From: Nanobdellati archaeon
Lineage (GTDB): Archaea > EX4484-52 > GLR71
Direction of reading: 5' to 3'
Length of the DNA: 64,000 bases
Assembly (NCBI GenBank): GCA_019429005.1
Contig: JAHYJR010000005.1
Span: 16,926 to 80,925 of the forward strand
Below, in pieces: positions 39,983 to 48,982 of the stretch. The position numbers were made by a program, and so were the translations under genes. How positions within the stretch are numbered: the first letter of the stretch is position 1; each line of letters starts with the position of its first letter. The notes beneath the pieces were generated by a model. The model did no database searches and was not told where the DNA came from. It was given only the letters and a program-made list of their open reading frames with translations.

Positions 39983-41810
39983 TATGAAAGTTTCAGTTAA
40001 AAAATCATTTTCAAAACTTGCAAAGTCTTATAATACGTATAGATTAGCCTCTAATAAAAAAGCACTTTTTATGGAACAAAATGATGGTAATTCATCTACA
40101 AATAATATTAATAATAATACTAATACTAGTTCTATTACGCACGTAAAAGAAATTGTTAAATATGTTGATTCTAAAGATAGTTCAAATAGTGATAATAAAC
40201 AGTATAATGATGGTTCTAGTGAGGATGTTGATTATACTCCGGTAGACATAGGTAATTTGTTTGTCACTAAGAAAAATATACTTAAACAACATGAACATGA
40301 GTTGGAGGAGGTTGACGTAAAATATCCTGTAACTCCTGTTGCACCAAAAAATGGTGAGAAAATATATGCTTGGGTAAATATTAAATGGGACAAAACGGAT
40401 AATTCTTTAGTATATTACATAATTGAACCTTATGTGACTGCAGAAGATCTAAAACGTATAGATCAGATAAAAAAAGTTATTGAAGAAGAAATAGATATAG
40501 ATTTTCAATCTTTCAATAAGGAAAGTGCAAAAGATTATCTTACAGATAATTTGAAGGTCATTATTGACCGTTTTGGTGTTACAATTGGTGCCGAGAAAAT
40601 GGATGTTTATAAGTATTATGTTTTACGTGATTTTATAGGTTTTGGGGCATTACAACCAATATTAGATGATGAGAATATTGAAGATATTAGTTGTGATGGT
40701 TCTGATATACCTATATTTGTATACCATAGAGATCCTCGTTTTGGTTCAATTAAAACATCCGTTCTGCTTGATGATGCTTATCTTGATGATCTTGTTATGA
40801 AAATGGCTCAAAGGTCAGGTAGGAGTATATCTATGGCAGAACCTATTTTACAAGGTGCTCTTCCAGATGGGTCTAGGGTACAAGCTACTCTTGCAACAGA
40901 TGTTGCAACACGTGGTTCTAATTTTACAATACGTAAATTTTCAAAAGAACCACATACACCCGTAAATATGCTTAAATATAAGACAATGGATTCTAAACTG
41001 TTATCATATCTTTGGTTTGCTATAGAAAATAGTAAATCTGTATTTGTTGTTGGTGCAACTGCTGCAGGTAAAACATCTCTTCTTAATGCATTATCTCTTT
41101 TCATAAAACCAGATTTTAAAATTGTAAGTATTGAAGATACTCCCGAAATACAGTTACCTCATGAGCATTGGGTTGCAGAAGTTGCTCGAACTGAGACTGA
41201 AGAAGGTCCCAAAAAGAAAGGTAGTGTTGATATGTTTGAGCTTCTTAAGGGTTCTTTAAGGCAAAGACCCGATTTTATCATAGTGGGTGAAATTAGGGGT
41301 ATTGAAGCTAGTGTACTTTTCCAGCAAATGGCAACAGGGCATCCTGGTATATCAACATTCCATGCAGATTCAATAGAAAAAGTTATTGATAGGCTTACTA
41401 CAAGACCAATTAATTTATCTCCAACACTTCTTGAAAATCTTGATATTGTATTATTTGCAAAACGTCTTAGGTATAAAAATGGTTATATAAGGCGAGTTGT
41501 TGAAGTTCGTGAGATCATAAAATATGATACTGAAAAGAAAAAATTGATAACAAATAAAGTATTCTCATGGGATCCTTTAACAGATACGTTTAAAGTTGCT
41601 GCAACTAGTTATCTTCTTGGAAAAATTTCAAAACAAACAGGTATTAGTCAAAATGAAATTAAAGAAGAGATTAAAAATAGAATGAAAGTTCTTGAATGGA
41701 TGGGTGATAAGTATATAACTCATTATAAACGGGTTGGTGAAGTGATAAAATCCTATTATAATAATCCCTCGGATATATTGGAAATTATAGATGGTGAGAG
41801 TAAAAATTGA
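39975..41810 (+). CDS. Type IV pilus assembly ATPase (VirB11/FlaI-like)
   Basis: EDISCDG, GATAAGKT, SIEDTPE, LRQRPD, VGEIRG, TGH, TFHA. Confidence 0.95.
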   Translation: MSNMKVSVKKSFSKLAKSYNTYRLASNKKALFMEQNDGNSSTNNINNNTNTSSITHVKEIVKYVDSKDSSNSDNKQYNDGSSEDVDYTPVDIGNLFVTKKNILKQHEHELEEVDVKYPVTPVAPKNGEKIYAWVNIKWDKTDNSLVYYIIEPYVTAEDLKRIDQIKKVIEEEIDIDFQSFNKESAKDYLTDNLKVIIDRFGVTIGAEKMDVYKYYVLRDFIGFGALQPILDDENIEDISCDGSDIPIFVYHRDPRFGSIKTSVLLDDAYLDDLVMKMAQRSGRSISMAEPILQGALPDGSRVQATLATDVATRGSNFTIRKFSKEPHTPVNMLKYKTMDSKLLSYLWFAIENSKSVFVVGATAAGKTSLLNALSLFIKPDFKIVSIEDTPEIQLPHEHWVAEVARTETEEGPKKKGSVDMFELLKGSLRQRPDFIIVGEIRGIEASVLFQQMATGHPGISTFHADSIEKVIDRLTTRPINLSPTLLENLDIVLFAKRLRYKNGYIRRVVEVREIIKYDTEKKKLITNKVFSWDPLTDTFKVAATSYLLGKISKQTGISQNEIKEEIKNRMKVLEWMGDKYITHYKRVGEVIKSYYNNPSDILEIIDGESKN

Positions 41811-41887
41811 TATAGTTTATCCCTATATCTATTTCATATATTAGATTGATACAAGTATATTTTGATATTGTTTATTAGGTTGGTTAT

Positions 41888-42796
41888 ATGTCTTCTTCAT
41901 CTTCAAATAATTCTTTAACAAATGCATTTAAAGCAATATCTGTAAAATTATTTGGAGGTCTTGTACAAAATTATCTTGCAGACCATTTAGTATTTTTAAG
42001 AAAACAAATGAAAAAAGCCGGTTTAAGTACGTCTCTTATTGATTATGTGTCAATGTCAATATTGACAAGTATCATAGTTTTTGTTTTAGTGACCTTATCA
42101 ATAACTGTCGTTGCAACATTAATAGTTTCGAATATTATAATTGGTGCATTTCTTGGATTTTTTTCAGGATTTATATCAGGGGTGGGGATTTTATTTTTAT
42201 TTTATACATATCCAGATATTTACATAGGTGAGCGTAAGAAAAAAATAGAATCTGATATGCCTTTTGTTATGCTTTATCTTGCAGCTATGGCAGGTGGCGG
42301 TACACCTCCTGTTGCTATGTTTAGAACTTTAGCAAAATTTAAAGAGTATGGTGAAGTTGCAAAAGAAGCTGAGAAAATTGTTGAAGAAACAGATGTTCTT
42401 GGTATTGATGTATTGACTGCATTTAAAAACGCTGCTGAGCGAACACCCTCTGATCAATTAATTGATCTTTTGTGGGGTATGCGAACTGTTATAAAATCAG
42501 GTGGTGACCTTAAAGTATATCTTAGAGAACGAGCAAAAATAACTATGTCTGAATATCGTCGTCGTCTTAAGCAATTTACCGAACAGCTCGCTATGATGAC
42601 TGAGATGTATATTACTTTAGTTATTGTCGGTTCTGTTTTATTTGTAATAATAACTGCAATTATGGGTGCAATGGGTGGTTCTGGTTTTGGTCCAATTATA
42701 GTTGGTTCACAATTAGGTCTTGTATTCCTTTTACTTCCTGTAGCTTGTATAGGATTTATTGTATTTGCAAAGAGTATATCACCAAAAGCTGATTAA
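41888..42796 (+). CDS. T2SSF/TadC-like pilus platform protein
   Basis: TM helices, ERKKKIESDMPF, AERTPS, SGGDL. Confidence 0.9.
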   Translation: MSSSSSNNSLTNAFKAISVKLFGGLVQNYLADHLVFLRKQMKKAGLSTSLIDYVSMSILTSIIVFVLVTLSITVVATLIVSNIIIGAFLGFFSGFISGVGILFLFYTYPDIYIGERKKKIESDMPFVMLYLAAMAGGGTPPVAMFRTLAKFKEYGEVAKEAEKIVEETDVLGIDVLTAFKNAAERTPSDQLIDLLWGMRTVIKSGGDLKVYLRERAKITMSEYRRRLKQFTEQLAMMTEMYITLVIVGSVLFVIITAIMGAMGGSGFGPIIVGSQLGLVFLLLPVACIGFIVFAKSISPKAD

Positions 42797-42805
42797 GTGA
42801 AATAT

Positions 42806-43771
42806 ATGGCTAATAATGAGATTAAATCAAAAACAAAGATAAATACAAGTTCTATTTTAAAGTATGGTTCAATATTTTTAGGTTTTGTTATAATCTTCGT
42901 TGGTGCTACTTTTTTAATGTCTGGTGCATCAAAACAGGTTGGTATGGTACTTTTTATGGTTGGAGCTCTTGTTTCAATTGTACCTTCATCAATTTTATCT
43001 TATCTTCATTTTTCAAAATATCGTAATATGGAACTTGAATTTCCTAGATTTTTAAGAGATTTAGGTGAAGCAAAAAAGAGTGGTATGACATTTCCACAAG
43101 CGTTTGTATCTAGACGAGATACTAAATATGGTCAATTATCAGAGGAAATCAGAAAAGCTAGTAATCAATTATCATGGGGTATACCGTTTTCAAAAGTATT
43201 GACTATGATAGTAGAACGTTTAAAAGAAAGTGCACTTTTAAGACGAACCTTTACTATAATTATAGAAGCATTTAATGCGGGTGGTGATGTTAGTGAAGTT
43301 CTTGATGATCTTTCTAATGATGTTCAAACACTTAAGGAAATTGATGCTGAACGTACAAGTGCACTATCTCAACAAGTTATAATGATGTATTTTATATCTT
43401 TTTTATTTTTAGGGATAATATTGATGCTTTTCAATCTTTTGATACCTATGCTTAGTGCAGATGGTCTTGGTAGTATTTCAGGTGCTGAGGGTGGTGCTCT
43501 TGTATATTGTGAATATGCAGAATTTTTATGTAGTTTATGTGATGGTTTTAATTGGGAAGGTACTGTTGCTGCTAAACAAGCTTCATATAATGATCGAGTA
43601 ACTGCAAGACAACTTTGTTATTTTAAGAGTCTATTTTTTATGATGGCCTTAATTCAAGCGATTGGTAGTGGTCTTATCTCTGGTGAAATGAGTGAGGGTT
43701 CTGTTAAGGCGGGTGTTAAACATTGTCTTATATTAGGTATTGTGACTGTAAGTATCTTTATGATTGCTTAA
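42806..43771 (+). CDS. Second T2SSF/TadC-like platform protein
   Basis: FPRFLRDL..SGM, QLSWG, AGGDV, IQAIGSGLISG. Confidence 0.9.
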   Translation: MANNEIKSKTKINTSSILKYGSIFLGFVIIFVGATFLMSGASKQVGMVLFMVGALVSIVPSSILSYLHFSKYRNMELEFPRFLRDLGEAKKSGMTFPQAFVSRRDTKYGQLSEEIRKASNQLSWGIPFSKVLTMIVERLKESALLRRTFTIIIEAFNAGGDVSEVLDDLSNDVQTLKEIDAERTSALSQQVIMMYFISFLFLGIILMLFNLLIPMLSADGLGSISGAEGGALVYCEYAEFLCSLCDGFNWEGTVAAKQASYNDRVTARQLCYFKSLFFMMALIQAIGSGLISGEMSEGSVKAGVKHCLILGIVTVSIFMIA

Positions 43772-43783
43772 TGGTGTTTTTTA

Positions 43784-44434
43784 ATGAAATTATATAATCG
43801 TTGTGTGTATAAAAAACGTCAAGGTCAAGTCAATATTGATTTTATAGGTGGTTTTCTTCTTTTTATGGTTTCAGTCATTTATATCTCAACATCAGCTATA
43901 AAGATAATACCTTTATATCAAGAAAAGGTTGAATCTGATAATAATAGGCTAGAGCTTTGGACACTTTCTGAGCGTTTTATAAATTATGTTGAAAGTGAAC
44001 GTTTTGTATTAGATCCTGAAAAAATGGATGACCTAACAACTATGAATTATGATGCAATCAAAAGATTATTGGGTGTTGATGAAACGAATAATTTTGTTTT
44101 AAGAGTGTATCAATACCCCATAATTACTACTGAAAAAGATATTAATGGTGATTATATTGGTATTGGATCATTTAGTGGTACAGATGTTATGTTCAATGTA
44201 ACAGATACAGAGGTTTTAATAAATGGCAAATCTTTTGATTTAGGTGATGCTAAAATATTATCAGAGCGTGTATATACTATTGATGAGATTGATCCTTATC
44301 AAAAATATGTCATTTTAAAAACAGTACTTATTGAAAAAGATGATATTTACGAGATTAAGAAAAGTACAAGCCAATTAGTACGTTATAGTACCTATGATAA
44401 TTTTATAACAAGTATAATAATAACGTATTTTTAG
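43784..44434 (+). CDS. Minor pilin-like protein
   Basis: KRQG|QVNIDF followed by a hydrophobic helix. Confidence 0.75.
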   Translation: MKLYNRCVYKKRQGQVNIDFIGGFLLFMVSVIYISTSAIKIIPLYQEKVESDNNRLELWTLSERFINYVESERFVLDPEKMDDLTTMNYDAIKRLLGVDETNNFVLRVYQYPIITTEKDINGDYIGIGSFSGTDVMFNVTDTEVLINGKSFDLGDAKILSERVYTIDEIDPYQKYVILKTVLIEKDDIYEIKKSTSQLVRYSTYDNFITSIIITYF

Positions 44435-44490
44435 TTGTATCTAATATGTTAAATAATACGGTATGTATGTTAAATAATAATGGTGACCTG

Positions 44491-46470
44491 ATGTTTCATA
44501 AAAAAAAATCACATTTTAAAAGACGAAAAGGTTATTTTCATTCAATTGAAGGTATTCTTGCAGTGCTTCTTTTAATTGGGTATATAGGTGGTGTTTTTTA
44601 TAGACCTTCAACATTAACAGATTGGGATTCCGCAAATTTACGTCAAGAACTTTCAGATTATTTAGGATCTCTTGAAAAGACTAATTTGATTGATCTTATA
44701 CTTGAAAACAAACCTGATGATTTTAAGAGGATAACTGCTAGTTTTTTTGATCCAGAAAAAGATTTTTCGCTTTCAACAGAGAATCTTTTGAAGCCAAAGC
44801 TTATTGTAGGTGTTCTTACAGGAGATACTACTTTGTTTAATATGTATAAACGAAACATTACAGATAATATTTATGGTACTGATTATAGGGCAACTGTTAA
44901 TAATAGACGTGTTGAAATTGTTGTGTTACAGACAAATTTTACTGAAGCACCGTGGGGTGGTTATAATGTTCTTGTAATCCCTGTGTCTGGAACAGAATCA
45001 CAGATATCAGCAACACTTGGAACTCAAGGGTATAGTTCGGTTATAAATATGACCTATTTTAAGACCTTTAGTAATAATGCTGGTGGTATTGTATTGGTCT
45101 CAGATATACCTAATTCAAATATTCTAGATTATACATTCATAAAAACGTTTTTAAATCTGGCATGGTCTCAAAATATAACAGATCCTACTGGTTCTTTTTC
45201 ATATCTTAATGATATTAATCCAAAAGAGATAAGTTATGAAGCACTTAAATATTTTTCATATATCCCTCTTGAGATAAATACAGAAACTAGTGGTGAAAGG
45301 AATACGTCTATAGAATTTTTTGAAACTAATGTTACAGATGGACCTGGTTTTGTTGATGTGCATCTTGCCGAAACAGATTATCGTCTGGGAAAAGCATTTT
45401 GTACTGTAAACCTTGTTGAACCTTGTGGTGGTGATACAAGAGCGACTCTTGATTATACATATACGCTTTGGTCTACAAATAGTATTTATCATTATACTAC
45501 ATTAAATCTTAAGCGAGAAAATTATGGGTTTGTAACGACCCAATCTGGTTCAAATACTATATATGATCGTGTTTTTATAGATTATGATAATAATGATGAT
45601 TTGACAACATATTATTTTACAAATGATACAGTACAATATTCATTAGATGAGCTCACAGGCCCTTCAAATGCAACACTTTCATTTGATTTTCAACCAACAA
45701 CTGATGGCCTTGCACAGATTTTAATAACTGTTGAGGCTGTAGGTGAAGAACCTAGTGAAACTGCAATCTATTTTAATGGTGTCTTTTTTGGAAATACTAG
45801 TGTTATCTCTTCAGATTATAATATTACACAATGTGATAATTCCATATCTTTATGTAATTATACAGTATTAATTAATGTTACGGATTTATTAGTAACGGGT
45901 TTGAATCATATTGAGTTTTTCAATTATTTGGGCGGTATTCCTTTAGATGAAGTATTATATCATAATATCTCAGCAACACTTACAACTGTAAGGGGTTTTT
46001 CAGATGGAACTACATTTACTGTTGATAATAATAATTACACAATAATAGAAATTGAACCGAAAGGTTTATATGTTAAATTATCAATTGATACGCCTCATGA
46101 ATTTATAACACTTAATACAAACAGTTTTGTATATCCTGCTAATAACTTTTCAAATTCAGCTGAAAATGATTCATATTTTGTTATTATGTATGATAATGCC
46201 TTAAATGTATTGGGTGGAAATATTCCCGTATCTATTGTAAATTATCTTTTAACTGGAAGCCGTAATGCTTGGGTTGTCAATAATTTAAAATCTCAAGATG
46301 AATGGCATATCTTAAGATCTCTAATATTTTTTGTTTCAGATCATCACGATGATTTTATCTTTACACCGCAAGCATTAGGTGATGTTGTGACAACAAGAAA
46401 TACTATGCTTTCAATTGGCAATATTTATCAACCTTATTGGATTGATTTTAGGGGGTGGTATCGTGTTTAA
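44491..46470 (+). CDS. Large pilin-like protein, putative adhesin
   Basis: RRKG|YFHSIEG, beta-rich, many N-x-S/T sequons; GGTGA SD before ATG 44491. Confidence 0.75.
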   Translation: MFHKKKSHFKRRKGYFHSIEGILAVLLLIGYIGGVFYRPSTLTDWDSANLRQELSDYLGSLEKTNLIDLILENKPDDFKRITASFFDPEKDFSLSTENLLKPKLIVGVLTGDTTLFNMYKRNITDNIYGTDYRATVNNRRVEIVVLQTNFTEAPWGGYNVLVIPVSGTESQISATLGTQGYSSVINMTYFKTFSNNAGGIVLVSDIPNSNILDYTFIKTFLNLAWSQNITDPTGSFSYLNDINPKEISYEALKYFSYIPLEINTETSGERNTSIEFFETNVTDGPGFVDVHLAETDYRLGKAFCTVNLVEPCGGDTRATLDYTYTLWSTNSIYHYTTLNLKRENYGFVTTQSGSNTIYDRVFIDYDNNDDLTTYYFTNDTVQYSLDELTGPSNATLSFDFQPTTDGLAQILITVEAVGEEPSETAIYFNGVFFGNTSVISSDYNITQCDNSISLCNYTVLINVTDLLVTGLNHIEFFNYLGGIPLDEVLYHNISATLTTVRGFSDGTTFTVDNNNYTIIEIEPKGLYVKLSIDTPHEFITLNTNSFVYPANNFSNSAENDSYFVIMYDNALNVLGGNIPVSIVNYLLTGSRNAWVVNNLKSQDEWHILRSLIFFVSDHHDDFIFTPQALGDVVTTRNTMLSIGNIYQPYWIDFRGWYRV

Positions 46471-47005
46471 TTTTATTTTAAGTAATTTCAATAAAAAACG
46501 AAGAAAAGGTCAGTTTATGATTATCGGTGCGGTAATCGTTGCTGTTATGCTTTATAAGGTTGCAGCTATACTTAATGAGAATCAACATTTTGATCCATCC
46601 TTTGCTCAAAAAGATATTTCAACAAATATCTTTAAAGATATAGAATTAGGTCTTTATAAGACTGCGACAAATAATCATATTTTTGATAATGATGTACTTG
46701 AACTTGTAAATTTTTATAAACGGTTATATCTGCGTGAAGGTTATTATATAGATATTTATGTAAATGAATCTTATAATTATTCTAAGCCAACTTCTATAAC
46801 ATTTAGTTCAAAAATGTTAAATTATCATAAAGATTTAGTGCTTTACGTTGTTGATTCTAAGGATTGCACTCTTTTTGAAACTGAAGATCGTTGTGATTTT
46901 ATAGATCCTGTTTTATGCTCTTCAATACAAGGTCAAGGTCTTAGTTGTCCAGAACCTGGTTATTTTATAGATAATTGTTGTAAAAGTTATAAAAAATGCT
47001 GTTGA
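46463..47005 (+). CDS. Minor pilin-like protein with a Cys-rich C-terminus
   Basis: RRKG|QFMIIGA; eight C-terminal Cys; GGGGGTG SD before GTG. Confidence 0.72.
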   Translation: MFNFILSNFNKKRRKGQFMIIGAVIVAVMLYKVAAILNENQHFDPSFAQKDISTNIFKDIELGLYKTATNNHIFDNDVLELVNFYKRLYLREGYYIDIYVNESYNYSKPTSITFSSKMLNYHKDLVLYVVDSKDCTLFETEDRCDFIDPVLCSSIQGQGLSCPEPGYFIDNCCKSYKKCC

Positions 47006-47017
47006 TTATATTCTTAT

Positions 47018-47836
47018 ATGGAAACTGTATATTTGAAATTTGCATATCTTGGGGATAACTTTAGTGGTTTGCAAATGCAACCTCATTTTTTAAAATTGAG
47101 GACTGTTGAGGGTGATATTGTAACAGCCTTAATTGATTTGGGTATAATCATAAGTAAAACTGAAAATTCTGTAAGAGTTTTGAGTCGAACTGATAAAGGT
47201 GTCTCTGCAATATTTAATATAATTAGTTTTAAATCAGATAAAACCTTTAAAATAGGTATGTTAAATAGTATTTTGAAGAATGATTTATGGGTTCTTGCAA
47301 AATCAATTCCCAAAGAATCGTTTGATTCTATTAAAACAACTTCAGCATTTGGTAATCGTTTCAAAAAAAGATACAGATATCTGCTTTTTGGTAATTATAA
47401 TATAATTAAGATCAAAGAAGCACTTTTTTTATTTTCAGGAACTCATGATTTTTCAAATTTTTCAAAACGAGATCTAACAAAGAACAAATCACCTATAAGA
47501 ACAATTGAAGTTAAAGTTACAAGAAAAAAGTATTTGCCTGATGTATTAATAATAGATATAAGGGGTAAAGGTTTTTTATGGCAGATGGTACGTCGTATTA
47601 TTCAGTGTGCTGTTGATTATGCTAATGATAAAATTTCACTTGATAAGATCTCAAGACTTCTTGATGGTGCTGACACAAAAAGTATCAAACCTATAGCTGC
47701 AAAAAATCTTATGCTTTTTAATGTTGATTCTGAAATAATTTTCGAAAAAGATGATTATCATGCAATTAAATTTTTAAAGACCTTGCGGGATGATGCTGTT
47801 CGGAAAGCTGTATTTTTTGATAATTTAATACGTTAA
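47018..47836 (+). CDS. truA: tRNA pseudouridine(38-40) synthase
   Basis: AYLG, SRTDKGVSA, GTHDFSNF, FLWQMVRRI. Confidence 0.93.
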   Translation: METVYLKFAYLGDNFSGLQMQPHFLKLRTVEGDIVTALIDLGIIISKTENSVRVLSRTDKGVSAIFNIISFKSDKTFKIGMLNSILKNDLWVLAKSIPKESFDSIKTTSAFGNRFKKRYRYLLFGNYNIIKIKEALFLFSGTHDFSNFSKRDLTKNKSPIRTIEVKVTRKKYLPDVLIIDIRGKGFLWQMVRRIIQCAVDYANDKISLDKISRLLDGADTKSIKPIAAKNLMLFNVDSEIIFEKDDYHAIKFLKTLRDDAVRKAVFFDNLIR

Positions 47837-48023
47837 TTTATATTATATCGTTTGAGTGTATTTTTTTATATATTATAATATGACTATAATACGTTATGTT
47901 TATATTATACAAATATTATAATTATATTATAATTATATGTCTTAATAATATCATGTATTTATATTATTATATATTAATAAACTTACATTGTCATATGAAT
48001 ATAATATTATATTCTTATCCGTT

Positions 48024-48140
48024 TATAATCTTATTTATCTATAATCTTATTTATCTATAATCTTATTTATCTATAATCTTATTTATCTATAATCTTATTT
48101 ATCTATAATCTTATTTATCTATAATCTTATTTATCTATAA
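48024..48140. repeat. Tandem repeat TATAATCTTATTTATC x7
   Basis: Seven exact 16-nt copies 48024-48135 within an extremely AT-rich gap. Confidence 0.97.
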
Positions 48141-48482
48141 ACTTATATTACTATTTAATTATAGTAATATTGTATCATATATGTATATTTATATTAAATT
48201 ATATTTTTATCTTAATATATTTTTAGTAATGTATAAACATATATATTTATGTTATTATATTTAGATATGTTTATATTGAACTAAATATATATTGTTATTA
48301 TAATTATATTGATATATCACCATATTAATTATATATATATATATATATATGTATAGTATACTAATATCTGTATATATTTATATTATATCAATCTAATTAG
48401 AACACGGTTTTAAAAATATTTTATTTTTAAAAAATAGTTTATAACCGGAATTTATATAAATAATAAAATATATTTATATACT

Positions 48483-48896
48483 ATGTATTTAGAAGATATG
48501 TCTATTATTACGGCTCAAGATATAGAAGAATTATGTTCATATATAAAAAAATATTCAGAGGATGTATCTAGTTTAGTCGGAGTTATAGAAACAAATAACA
48601 AGTTAAAATCTGAACTAAAGACTCCTGAACTGAAGAATTGTAGATATGTTGATTTTGGTGAAGGTAAAAAGTATGCTATTGTACAGAATGGTTCATCTCT
48701 AAGAATTCTTTATAACTCGGAGGGTCATATAAATATACAAGATATGAATCCTTTTTCAGCTAAGATGTATGAAGGTGATATTGATATGTTTAAAGCTGCT
48801 TTAAATGATAAGTATAAACACAAACCTGAAGTTCTTACTGGTCTTATGTCTACTTTCAAGAAAATTGATGATTTGAAACCTAAACAGAATTCTTAA
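48483..48896 (+). CDS. Hypothetical protein
   Basis: 137-aa ORF with normal coding composition, TATA upstream. Confidence 0.7.
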   Translation: MYLEDMSIITAQDIEELCSYIKKYSEDVSSLVGVIETNNKLKSELKTPELKNCRYVDFGEGKKYAIVQNGSSLRILYNSEGHINIQDMNPFSAKMYEGDIDMFKAALNDKYKHKPEVLTGLMSTFKKIDDLKPKQNS

Positions 48897-48982
48897 ATTA
48901 AGTTAGCATTATATTTTTTTTAAATTACTTTTTTATTCAGTTACTTTTTCACTTAGGTCTATTATTATATTTCAAATAATAT

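Noticed and set aside
39975-43771. Archaellum (ArlI/ArlJ) operon
   Set aside because: No ArlH/F/G or archaellin cluster; two separate TadC-like genes fit a pilus system
48259-48286. dif site in the AT-rich gap (ATTTAG...CTAAAT)
   Set aside because: Inner arm positions do not match the TAA-N6-TTA pattern; expected by chance at this AT content
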